This document shows, piece after piece, positions 15,438 through 29,240 of a DNA stretch of 64,000 nt. The stretch is from the human T2T-CHM13v2.0 reference genome, Homo sapiens: the NCBI RefSeq assembly GCF_009914755.1, contig NC_060925.1. One strand, given 5' to 3'. Made by a program: the position numbers and the translations under genes. The notes under the pieces are model-generated. The model saw only the letters and a list, made by a program, of their open reading frames with translations, did not search any database and had not been told where the DNA came from. The stretch's first letter is position 1. Every line of letters begins with the position of its first letter.

Positions 15438-15707
15438 CTGTGTCATGATGCCCCTCCAAAATTCATGTGTTGGATACTTAATCTCATTGCAGCAACGTTG
15501 GGAGGTGGGGCCCAAGGGGAGGTGTTTAGGACCTGGGGGCTCTGGCCTCATGAATGGATTGATGCCTCTGTAAAAAAGCCTGTTGGGAGTGGGTTTTCTC
15601 TCTTCCGCTCTTCTGCCATATGAGGACACAGTAAAAAGTCCCACATTGGATGCTGGTGCCTTGATCTTGGACTTTCCAGCCCTCAAAGCTGGGAGGAGTA
15701 CATTTCT

Positions 15708-15739
<32 letters not shown>

Positions 15740-15959
15740 TTATACTCTAAGTTTTAGGGTACATGTGCACATTGTGCAGGTTAGTTACATATGTATACAT
15801 GTGCCATGCTGGTGCGCTGCACCCACTAATGTGTCATCTAGCATTAGGTATATCTCCCAATGCTATCCCTCCCCCCTCCCCCGACCCCATACATTTCTGT
15901 TCTTTATGAATTGCCCAGTGTGTGGTGTTCTTTTACAGTAGCACAAACAGACTAAGGCA
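15438..15959 (+). mobile_element. MaLR LTR (MSTD/MSTC-like), split by L1HS
   Basis: ccaaaattcatgtgttg...gctggtgccttgatcttggactt...cagactaaggca. Confidence 0.75.
15712..15889 (-). mobile_element. 5'-truncated L1HS-Ta insertion
   Basis: 27-nt poly(A); diagnostic ACA (tgt at 15830-15832) and 3'UTR G (c at 15747); perfect TSD tacatttctgttcttt at 15699-15714 and 15890-15905. Confidence 0.93.
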
Positions 15960-16624
15960 CATAGTCAGGAGTTGGAACACTCAGTATTGTAAGGCGCCAA
16001 CGCTTTTCAAACTGGTCTATAAATTAAATGCTATTGCAGTAAAAACTTCATTGTGTTGTGTAAATTGATCCTGATGCTAAAACTTCTATAGGAAAAAGTA
16101 GTCAAGACACACTTGAGGCAGAGAAAGGAGTCACAGTGACAGCAGGGCTGATGGACGTGGCACCATGAGTTGGGGCTGGTGACACGCCATTGGGGAAGGG
16201 GCACTGATGAATGTACTTGGTGCCTGATGTCCCCTGACAAAAGAAGTCAAGACATACTTGAAGAAGCAGAACAAGGTGGGGTGACTTCCTCTGTGGGATA
16301 TTAACAAAGCTACGGTAATTAAGACAGAGGACATTGGTGTGTGGATAAACAAATAAGCCCATGCAATAGAATAGAGAGCTGAGAAATGGTCATATCTGCA
16401 TATGGACACGATGCAAAACCAAAATGATTCTGCATGGTAGTGAAGAAAGAAGTGTTTTCAACATTTATATGGAAAAATAATGAAACTTGACCTCTATCTC
16501 CCAACTTGTCAGTTCCAGGTACATTTAGGTCCAACTGTGAAGACAGAACAAAACTTGTAGAAGAGAATATAATGTATTTTCACAACCTCATCATAGGCAG
16601 ATATTTCTTTAAAAGGATGCACAA
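15960..16624 (+). mobile_element. Old L1M ORF2 3' remnant
   Basis: aaagctacggtaattaagacag, gcaatagaatagagagctgagaaat: degenerate ORF2 C-terminal region. Confidence 0.65.
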
Positions 16625-16806
16625 GTTAGCAAGGCATGTTGGCAGGCACCTGTGGTCCCAGATACTCAGAAGGCTGAGGTGGGCAGATGACTTGAGCCCA
16701 GGAGGTTGAGGCTGAAGTGAGCGATGATTGTGCTACTACACCCCAGCCTGGGTGATAAAGCAAGACCATGTCTCTAAACAAAAAATATTTAAAATTAAAA
16801 AATTAA
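16625..16806 (+). mobile_element. Alu right-arm monomer (FRAM/AluJ)
   Basis: ttagcaaggcatg...cacctgtggtcccag...gaccatgtctct plus A-rich tail. Confidence 0.8.
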
Positions 16807-19800
16807 GGGGACCTGGCAAGATGGCCAAATAGGAACAGCTCCAGTCTGCAGCTCCAAGCAAGAGCAACACAGAAGGTGGGTGATTTCTGCATTTCCAACT
16901 GAAGTGCCTGGTTCATCTCACTGGGACTGGTTAGACAGTAGGTGCAGCCCACAGAGGGTGAGCAGAAGCAGGGTGGGGTGTCGCCTCACCCAGGAAGCAC
17001 AAGGGGTTGGGGAACTCCCTCCTCTAGCCAAGGGAAGCTGTGAGGGACCCTGCCATGAGGAACAGTGCACTCCGGCCCAGATACTATGTTTTTCCCATGG
17101 TCTTCACAACCCACAGGCCGGGTGATTCCTTCAGGTGCCTACACTACCAGAGCCCTGGGTTTCAAGCACAAAACCGGGTGGCCATTTGGGCAGACACCGA
17201 GATAGCTACAGGAGTTTTTTCATACCCCAGTGGCACCTGGAACACCAGAGAGACAGAACTGTTCACTACCCTGGAAAGGAGGCTGAAGCCAGGGAGCCAA
17301 GTGGTCTAGCTCAGCAGATCCCACCCCCATGGAGCCCAGCAAGCTAAGATCCACTGGCTTGAAATTCTTGCTGCAAGCACAGCAGTCTGAAGTAGACTTG
17401 GGACACTTGAGCTTGATGAGGCGAGGGGTGTCCGCCATTACTGAGGCTTGAGTAGGTGGCTTTCCCCTAACAGTGTAAACAAAGCCTCCGGGAAGTTCAA
17501 ACTGGGCAGAGCCCACCGCAGCACCACAAAGCTGCTGTAGCCAGACTGCCTCTCTAGATTCCTCCTCTCTGGGCAGGACATCTCTGAAAGAAAGGCAGCT
17601 GCCCCAGTCAGGAGTTTACAGATAAAATTCCCATCTCCCTGGGACAGAGCACCTGGGGGAAGGGGCAGCTGTGGGTGCAGCTTCAGCAGACTTAAATGTT
17701 CCTGCCTGCCGGCTCTGAAGAGAGCAGCAGATCTCCCAGCACAGCGCTCAAGCTCTGCTAAGGGACAGACTGCCTCCTCAAGTGGGTCCCTCACCCCCAT
17801 GCCTCTTGACTAGGAGACACCCCTCAGCAGGGGTCAACAGATACCTCATGCAGGAGAGCTCCAGCTGGCATCTGGCAGATGCCCCTCTGGGATGAAGCTT
17901 CCAGAGGAAGGAGCAGGCAGCAATCTTTGCTGTTCTGCAGCCTCCGCTGGTGATACCCAGGCAAATGAACTCAAGAAGACCTGCAGCAGAGGGACCTGAC
18001 TATTAGAAGGAAAACTAACAGAAAGGAATAGCATCAACATCAACAAAAAGGACATCCACAAAAAAACCCCATCTGAAGGTTACCAACATCAAAGACCAAA
18101 GGTAGATAAAGCCATGAAGATGAGGAAAAACCAGCACAAAAAGGCTGAAAATTCCAAAAACCAGAATGCCTCTTCTCCTCCAAAGAATCATAACTCCCCA
18201 CCAGCAAGGGAACAAAACTGGACGGAGAATGAGTTTGACAAATTGACAGAAGTAGGCTTCAGAAGGTGGGTAATAACAAACTCCTAAAGGAGCTATTCTA
18301 ACCCAATGCAAGGAAGCTAAGAACCCTGAAAAAAGGTTAGAGGAATTGCTAACTAGAATAACCAGTTTAGAGAAGAATATAAATGATCTAATGGAGCTGA
18401 AAAGCACAGCATGAGAACTTTGTGAAGCATACACAAGTATCAATAGCCAAATCGATCAAGCAGAAGAAAGGATATCAGAGATTGAAGATCAACTTAACAA
18501 AATAAAGCATGAAGACAAGATTAGAGAAAAAAGAATAAAAAGGAACAAACAAAGCCTCCAAGAAATAGGGACCAATGTGAAAAGACCAAACCTACGTTTG
18601 GTATACCTGAAAGTGACGGGGAGAATGGAATGAAGTTGGAAAACACTCTGCAGGATATTATCCAGGAGAACTTCCCCAACCTAGCAAGACAGGCCAACAT
18701 TCAAATTCAGGAAATACAGAGAACACCACAAAGATACTTCTCGAGAAGAGCAACCCCAGGACACATAATCATCAGATTCACCAAGGTTGAAATGCAGGAA
18801 AAAATGTTGAGGGCAGCCAGAGAGAAAGGTAGGGTTACCCACAAAGGGAATCCCATCAGACTGACAGCAGATCTCTCTGCAGAAACCCTACAAGCCAGAA
18901 GAGAGGGGGGACCAATGTTCAACATTCTTAAGGAAAAGAATTTTCAACCCAGAATTTAATATCCAGCCAAACTAAGCTTCATAAGCAAAGGAGAAATAAA
19001 ATCCTTTACAGAAAAGCAAATGCTGAGAGATTTTCTCACCACCAGGCCTGCCTTGCAAGAGCTTCTGAAGAGGCACAAATATGAAAGGAAAAACCAGTAC
19101 CAGCCACTGCAAAAACATACCAAATTGTAAAGACCATTGACACAATGAAGAAACTGCATCAACTAACTGGCAAAATAACCAGCTGGCATCATAATGACAG
19201 GATCAAATTCACACATAACAATATTAACCTTAAATGTAAATGGGCTAAATGCCCCAATTAAAAGACACAGACTGGCAAATTGGATAAAGAGTCAAGACCC
19301 ATCTGTGTGCTGTATTCAGGAGACCCATCTCACATGAAGAGACACACACATGCTCAAAACAAAGGGATGGGGGAATATTTTCCAAGCAAATGGAAAGCAA
19401 AAAAAAAAAAAAAAAAAAAAAGCAGGGGTTGCAATCCTAGTCTCCGATAAAACAGGCTTTAAACCAACAAAGATCAAAAAAGACAAAGAAGGACATCACA
19501 TAATGGTAAAGGGATCAATGCATTTGATAAATGGTAAAGGATAGCTAACTATCCTAAATATATATGCACCCAATACAGGGGCACCCAGATTCATAAAGCA
19601 AGTTCTTAGAGAACTACAAAGAGACTTAGACTCTCACACAATATAGTGGGAGACTTAACACCACATTGTCAATATTAGACAGATCAATGAGACAGAAAAT
19701 TATAAGGATATTCAGGACTTATCTCTGGGACACAGCTAAAGCAGTGTTTAGAGGGAAATTTATAACACAATGCCCACAGGAGAAAGTGGGAAAGATCTAA

Positions 19801-20139
19801 AATTGACACCATAACATCACAATTAAAAGAACTGGAGAAGCAAGAGCAAACAAATTTAAAAGCTCGCAGAAAACAAGAAGTAACTAAGATCAGAGCAGAA
19901 GTGAAGGAGATAGAGACACGAAAAACCCTTCAAAAAATCAATGAATCCACCAGCTGGTTTTTTGAAAAGATTAACAAAATAGATAGACCACTAGCCAGAC
20001 TAATAAGAAAAAAGAGAAGAATCAAATAGACATAATAAAAAATGAAAAAGGGGAGACCACCACCAATCCCACAGAAATAAAAACTACCATCAGAGAATAC
20101 TATAAACACCTCTACACAAATAAACTAGAAAATCTAGAA

Positions 20140-21294
20140 ATGGATACATTCCTGGACACATACACCCTCCCAAAGCTAAACCAGAGAGAAGTCAAATCCC
20201 TGAATAGATCAATAACAAGTTCTGAAATTGGGGCAGTAATTAATAGCCTTCCAACCAAAAAAAGCCCAGGACAAGATGGATTCACAGCCAAATTCTATCA
20301 GAGGTACAAAGAAGAGCTGGTACCATTCCTTCTGAAACTATTCCAAACAACAGAAAAAGAGGGACTCCTCCCTAATTCATTTTATGGGGCCAGAATCATC
20401 CTGATAACAAAACCTGGCAGAGACACAACAAAAAAAGAAATTTTCAGGCCAATATCCCTGATGAACATCTATGTGAAAATCCTCAATAAAATACTGGCAA
20501 GCCGAATCCAGCAGCACATCAAAAAGCTTATCCACCACGATCAAGGCGGCTTCATCCCTGGGATGCAAGGCTGGTTCAACATACACAAATCAATAAACAT
20601 AATCCATCACATAAACAAAACGAATGACAAAAACCAAATGATTATTTCAATAGATGCAGAAAAGGCCTTTGATGAAATTCAACACCCCTTCATGATAAAA
20701 ACTCTCAATAAACTAGGTATTGATGGAACATATCTCAAAATAATAAGTGCTATTAATGACAAACCCATAGCCAATATCATACTGAATGGGCAAAAACTGG
20801 AAGCATTCCCTTTGAAAACTGGCACAAGACAAGGATGCCCTCTCTCACCACTCCTATTCAACATAGTATTGGAAGTTCTGGTCAGGGCAATCAGGCAAGA
20901 GACAGAAATAAAGGGTATTCAAATAGGATGAGAGAAAGCAAAATTGTCTCTGTTTGCAGATGACATGATTGTATATTTAGAAAACCCCATTGTCTCAGCC
21001 CAAAATCTCCTTAAGCTGATAAGCAACTTCAGCAAAGTCTCAGGATACAAAATCAATGTGCAAAAATCACAAGCATTCCTATACACCAATAACAGACAAA
21101 CAAAGAGCCAAATCATAAGTGAACTCCCATTCACAACTGCTACAAAGAGAATAAAATACCTAGGAATGCAACTTACAAGGGATGTGAAGGACCTCTTCAA
21201 GGAGAACTACAAACCACTGCTCAAGGAAATAAGAGAAGACACAAACAAATGGAAAAACATTCCATGCTCATGGATAGGAGAATCAACATTGTGA
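20140..21294 (+). pseudogene. L1 ORF2 reverse-transcriptase remnant
   Basis: [29 protein letters not shown] and FADD motifs; premature stop at 20929-20931. Confidence 0.9.
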
Positions 21295-22125
21295 AAATGG
21301 CCACACTGCCCAAAGTAATTTATAGATTCAATGCTATCCCATCAAGCTACCATTGACTTTCTCGACAGAATTAGAAAAAACTACTTTAAATTTCATATGG
21401 AACCAAAAAAGAGCCCATATAGCCAAGACAATCCTAAGCAAAAAGAACAAAGGTGGAGGCATCACGCTACCTGACTTCAAACTATACTACGTAGCCTTGT
21501 ACTCACTGTAGCCTTCTGTGACCAAAAGCATGGTACTGGTACCAAAACAGATATATAGACCAATGGAACAGAACGGAAGCCTCAGAAATAACCCTACATC
21601 TACAACCATCTGATCTTTGACAAACCTGAAAAAAACAAGCAATGGGGAAAGGATTCTCTATTTAATAAATGGTGTTGGGAAAACTGGCTAGCCATATGCA
21701 GAAAACTGAAACTGGAGCCCTTCCTTACACCTTATACAAAAATTAACTCAAGATGGAGTAAAGATTTAAATATAGGACCTAAAACCATAAAAACCCAAGA
21801 AGAAAACCTAGGCAATACCATTCAGGACATAGGCATGCGCAAAGACTTCATGACTAAAACAGCAAAAGCAATGGCAAAAAAAAAAAAAGCCAAGATTGAC
21901 AAATGGGATCTAATTAAACTAAAGAGCTTCTGCACAGCAAAAGAAACTATTAACAGAGTGAATAGGCAACCTACAAAATGGGAGAAAATGTTTGCAATCT
22001 ATCCATCTGACAAAGTGCTAACATCCAGAATCTACAAGGAACTTAAACAAATTTACAAGAAAAAAGCAACCCCATGAAAAAGTGGGCAAAGGACATGAGC
22101 AGACACTTCTCAAAAGAAGACATTT

Positions 22126-22631
<506 letters not shown>

Positions 22632-23229
22632 TCAACCATTGTGGAAGACACTGTGGTGATTCCTCAAGGATCTAGAACTAGAAATACTATTTGACTCAGC
22701 AATCCCATTACTGGGTATATACCCAAAGTATTATAAAGCATTCTACTATAAAGACACATGTACAGGTATGTTTATTGCAGCACTATTCACAATAGCAAAG
22801 ACTTGGAACCAACCCAAATGCCTATCAATGATAGACTGGATAAAGAAAATGTGGCATCTATACACCAAGGAATACTATGCAGCCATAAAAAAGGATGAGT
22901 TAATGTCCTTTGCAGGGACATGGATGAAGCTGGAATCTATCATTCTCAGCAAACTAACACAGGAACAGAAAACCAAACACTGCATGTTCTCACTCATAAG
23001 TGGGAGTTGAACACATGGACACAGGGAGGGGAACATCACACACCAGGGCCTGTCGGGGGATGGGGGGCTAGGGGAGGGATAGCATTAAGAGAAATACCTA
23101 ACGTAGATGACGGGTTGATGGGTGCAGCAAACCACCATGGCACATGTATACCTATGTAACAAACCTGCACGTTCTGTACATGTATCCCAGAACTTAAAGT
23201 ATAATAATTTAAAGAAATTAAATAAAATA

Positions 23230-24590
23230 AGGATACATGTACACACAAAAAGGAGTAGTCATCAAGGAAATTATTGAAATTTTTAACTATATTGTAATTA
23301 AATTTTTATGTTTATCAGGAGACACTATTAAGAGAGTGAAAACCTATCAAATCTAAAAAAAGTGTAACTCATAAAACTGACAAATATAAAGAATTCAAAA
23401 AAAATCAACAAGAGAAAGACAACTCAATATAAAAAGGGATAAGAGACTAAAATGAACACCACAAAAGAGTATATTCAGATGACCAATATGCACACATCAG
23501 GGAAATGCAAATTAAAACTCTAATAAGATAAAACTACATACCCACCAAAATACCTAATATTAAAAAAAAAAGAAAGAAACCCAGACAATAACAAGTATTG
23601 GCAAGAATGGAAGCAAGTGAAAATCTCATGCACTGCTCGTAAGAGTTCAAATTGGTTCAACTGGTTTGGAACATGGTTTGGTATTATCTACTCAAGGTGA
23701 ATATGAATCTATTATTTGACCTGGTAATTCCATCTTTAAGTATATCCAAAAAAAGAAATATGTGCACATATACAGCAAGAAATGTGGAGAAGTTATATTT
23801 ATAGCCTCATTATTAACAACTGTCCCAAAAAGGAAAATAACCGAATATCCAGCAACAGAATAAGGCATTAAAAATAATGGCAGCCGGGCACAGTGGCTCA
23901 TGCCTTAGATGGGAGGATCACTTGAGGCCAGGAGTTTGAGACCAGCCTGGGCAACATAACGAGATCTCATCACTGCAAAACATTTAAAAATTACTCAGGT
24001 GTAGTGACATGCACCTGTAGTCCCAGCTACTTGGGAGGCTGAGGTAGGACAATCACTTGAGCCCAGGAGGTTGAGGCAGCAGTGAGCTGTGATCATATCA
24101 CTACTACTCCAGCATAGGTGACAGAGTGAGATCCTATCTCTAAAAAAGAAAAAGAAAAAAAAAATAGTGGTACAGCAATAAAAACAAACAATTCAAAACA
24201 ACAAGCGACAATATGCATGAATCTCATAACTCTAATATTGAGCAAAAGAAGCTAGACACAACAGAATATACATTGTATGATTCCATTTATGTACAGTTCA
24301 AAACAAAAGCAAGACTAGACTGGTATTTAGGAACACAGGTGTAAAGAAAAGTGAGGAAAGTATTTTATAAAGCTCAGGATAGTGGTCACCCAGAGGAAGT
24401 GACAAGGAGGAGGGAAGAAGGAGTTCTCAGGAGGGGCACCAGAATGTCTCTAGGGTGCTAGGAGTATATTCTGTCCTGATCCAGGTGGCATTCCCATCAT
24501 AAAGATATTTCTTTTGTTATCACTCTTTCATCTGTACAATCTTCTTTTATGAAATTTTCTGCATGGATGTTATTTCTCAAAAATGATTTT
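23230..24590 (+). mobile_element. Old L1M 3' region, interrupted by an Alu
   Basis: catcagggaaatgcaaattaaaac, ttgagcaaaagaagctagacac, gtatgattccatttat. Confidence 0.7.
23883..24163 (+). mobile_element. AluJ with left-arm deletion
   Basis: gccgggcacagtggctcatgcc joined to gatgggaggatcacttgagg; A tail. Confidence 0.88.
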
Positions 24591-25145
24591 AAAAATGGGA
24601 AATGAAGGATGCAATTACAAAAACAGCATATAAAAGTAAACCTTCAGGAATTAATGGAGTTGGTTTTTATAATGTAACCTCAAAAATGTAAAATATAATT
24701 GCTTAAATTAAAAAAAAAACCCACAGTACATGGGTTCAGCAGGCTACACACAGTTAAAGAGAGAAGTAGTAGAGGAGAAGAAAACCCAGAGAAGACGGGA
24801 AGATGAGAAACATGAAAGAGAGAGTAAGAGACATGAGGGGATTCAATGACAGCATCTAATATGTGTCTGTTTGAAATCTCTAAAGAAGATGGTAAGAATT
24901 TAAGAATTTACATTAAGAGAATAATGTATTATACATTAAAAGAATTATGTATTAAGATAATTTTCTGGAACTGATGAAAAATATGCATCCAAAGATCAAG
25001 GAAACACAATATTATTCTACACCTAAACATGTTATGGTAAAGTTGAAGAGTATCATCAACAAAGAGAATATCTTGCAAGAACCCAAAGAGAAGGGAGAAT
25101 CACCTATAAGGAAAAGACTTGTAGACTTCTGAACAATAGCAACAT

Positions 25146-25661
25146 GATCACCTGCCTCCAAGATGGCCTCCAATAATCCTCACCTCCTGCCATCTATGCT
25201 TTTGTGTAGTCCCTCACAACACACTGGATGGGGTCACTCCTGTGTGAGCAAGAAAGTACTGAGGAAGTGATGATGTAGGACTTCTAAGGATAGATCATAA
25301 AAGGCACTGAAGCTTCCACCTTGGTGTCTTGAGTTGCAAATCCTGGAGGAAGTTAACCACCGTACAGCGATATCACTCAAGCAGACTGTGGTGAAGTCCT
25401 CTCGGAGTGGAACTGCAGCCTCCAGCCAACAGCCATGTGAGTGAGCCATGCTGGAGGCAGCTCCTCCAATCCAACCTCTAGAAGGCTGCAGCCTCAGCCA
25501 ACATCTGACTGCAATCTCATGATACAGCATGAGGCAGAACAGACCAGCCAAGTCACTCCCAAATTCCTGATCCACAGAAACCATAGAAAGAAATAAATCA
25601 TTATTGCTGTGTGAAGCCATCAGTGTTTATGTAATTTGTTGTGCAATAATGGATAATCAAT
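25146..25661 (+). mobile_element. MaLR LTR (MLT1F-like)
   Basis: cctccaagatggcctccaataatcctcacctcctg...aaattcctgatccacagaaac. Confidence 0.75.
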
Positions 25662-26208
25662 TTATTAGAATAACAGCTACAAAGTGCTGAGAGGAAATAA
25701 ATTGTATAAATTGTCAATCTAAAATTGTATATTGAGCAAATCTATTTCTGTAAGACAATGGCAAAATAAAATCTTTTCAAAATAAATGGAAATGGAGGGG
25801 ATTTAACATCAAAAGCCTGCTCTCAAGGGGTTTCTACCGTACATGCTTCAAGAAGAAGGAAAATAATCTGAGGACAGTCCAGTGTGCCAGAAGGAATGGT
25901 GAACAAATAGAATGGTAAAGAGGTGGATAAATCCAAACATCATCTATAAAATAATAAGTCAGCATTTGGGAGGCTAAAGACAGAACTAAAATACTCAATA
26001 AGATTAATTTGGGAAGGGATGGTTGGAGCTAAAATGTTCTAAAGTCCTTTTATTGCCTTGGGAATGGTCGAATGTTGTTTAAATCTTTATGAACTGGAAA
26101 TATGTATGTAATAGCTCAAGGAGCAACATTAATAAAAGAATAGAATGGTCATATATACATTTAAAACACATATGGAGAGAAAAATCAGTAAAGGGGAAAG
26201 AATATTAA

Positions 26209-26716
<508 letters not shown>

Positions 26717-27158
26717 TTAAAACAAAAATCTCTGTTTAAAAAAACAAGGCAAGAAAGTAAAAACAAACAAACAGAAAATTTGGTTACAATGGAAATAAAA
26801 TGTAAAATGATAGAAACAAGTCCAAAGATATCAATAATCACTGTAAAAACAAATGAGCTATTCTTACCACCTGAAAGAGCATGTCAAAGTATTTTTTTAA
26901 GTCTACAACCCCCAGCTATATGCTATTTTCAAAAAACACATCAATACAGTAGAATGCAGAAAAGTTCAAAGCAAATATATGGGGAAAAATATATCAGACC
27001 AATATTAATTAAAAGAAAACTGGTACAATTATTTGAATATCTCACCTGATAGACTTTAAGAGAGAATACATTGCAAAGAGTCAGTGCTCTCTGAGAAAAG
27101 GCTCTTATCACATAAACTTGACCTAATAAATGTGAACAGAATTCTGCCCCAACAACAA

Positions 27159-27465
<307 letters not shown>

Positions 27466-28755
27466 TCAACACATTTCCAACAGCATATACTATATAGACC
27501 AAGGTCTCTGACTACAAAACAACTCAATTAGAAATAAACATATAAAAGATTGTTTTCAAAAATCCTTATTTTTGGAAAGAGTTGCTAAAAAATGTTTATA
27601 GCAAGGTGGTTGGATATAAGATCAATATACAAAAGTCATTTAGATTTTATAAGGCAATAAACCATTAGAAAATATACTTAAAAAAAGACACAATTTACAA
27701 TAGTAACAGCCACAACCAGAACTCCAAAAAATGTACACTCATGAATCAATGCAGAAAACATGCAAAACCCACATCTTATAAAATCATAAATCATAAAACC
27801 ATGCATACTGCTGAAAACAGTCATGCCATGGCTTGACTCCCATCCCAGTGAGAATGGGGCGAGAGGAACAAGAGAGGGCAGAGAAGAGGGGAGAAGGCAG
27901 GGACACACAGCTGTCTGAAATCTGAGAGTCAGGCAAGCAGTGAGGGGAGGCTGTGATTCCTTTCTCAGGTGGAACTTCATGAACACTTCGTGCTGCCAGG
28001 CATCTCCCTTGTGTCTCCCTCCTCCTGCCCCCAGCATGCATCCATGCACCGAAAACACAAGGCCATGGGGGCTTGGATGCACTTCTGGCCAGGTGGCTGC
28101 AGCAGGTCAGCCTGCAGTTCCTGGGTCACCCCACCTGCCCACCTGCGGGGACGCTCTCCTCAGCCACCACTGGGCGTTCACTGCAGCCTGCTGCTTTTCC
28201 ACGTGAGCCTGCAGGGCCAGGCTGGGGGTCTCACCCCGAGTGAAGGGGTGAGGCGAGGCTGGGGGGTTCTTGCCCTGAGCAGAGAGGTGGGGCCAAGGGG
28301 AAGGGGCTCACCCACCAGGCCCAGTGACGTGGAGGTCAGAGGTTGAGGCACACTGACTGGCTGGGCCAGCACGGGTGTCCAGGCCTTGGCTTCAGGTGTG
28401 GTCACTGGGGTCTCTGGAGGGCTCTCTGGCTCCTGATGGTGAAGCAAGACCACCCCTTTCCCACAGATCCATTAAATCAAGAATCAGAGTCCTCATGGGG
28501 TACTCCAACCTCAAGGACAGAAGCTAGAAAAGCCGGAGAGCAGAATAAAGCAGTTTGGCTCACCAGGTCTGGTTGACTCTTCTGGGGACACCAGCTGAAG
28601 GCCTCAGGAGCTGGGCTGGGGCTCGCAGCCCAAGCCAGAGAGGCCCAACCAAGCCCAGTGTTTCCTTGGCCGCCCAAGCCAGTGTTTCCGGTTCTCAGGG
28701 CTGGGGCAGCTGCGCTGGCTCTGTTCATGGTCCTCTGAGTACCAATTGCACGGAG

Positions 28756-28843
28756 CCTGTGTGCCCATCCCTAGCTCCCTGTTTGCCCATCCCTAGCTCC
28801 CTGTGTGCGCATCCCTAGCTCCCTGTGTGCCCATCCCTAGCTC
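28756..28843. repeat. 22-bp tandem repeat x4
   Basis: Unit cctgtgtgcccatccctagctc; four copies with single mismatches. Confidence 0.95.
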
Positions 28844-29099
28844 TGGCCCCGACGGACCCCCGGACCCCCATCATCTGGAGTGTCCGCCTGGCCCTACTTC
28901 CAGGGACCTCTGCCCACCCCCACCTGCAGGTAGCCTCAGCTAACTGCTCAGCCCCTCCTAGCCTCACTTGCCCACGCACATGGGGTCTGCTTGGCATCCC
29001 CACGTCTCTGTAGACACTCGGTGCATGCCAGCCAGCTGGCTGGGCTCACATGGCAGCCACTGGTATTCATCCTTCCTCCTCCTGGGAGCGAGTCTTGTC

Positions 29100-29240
29100 T
29101 AGAGTGAGTGTGGCCAGAGGTGGGGCCACTGAGTCTGAATCCCCCTCTGCCCCTCACCTGGGTGTCACCAAGCTGTTTTAGCCTCTCTGAGGACCATTTC
29201 CTCTGTGAGATGGGACCGTAGTATGCTGTGTCGTGAGGTC
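29100..29240 (+). mobile_element. MIR fragment
   Basis: ctgagtctgaatcc...agcctctctgag...catttcctctgtgagatggg resembles the MIR core. Confidence 0.5.

Noticed and set aside
20140-21294. Reverse-transcriptase ORFs (263 aa and 116 aa) as a novel RT system
   Set aside because: Ordinary L1 ORF2 fragments in a dead L1PA element, with a premature stop, frameshifts and an EN deletion.
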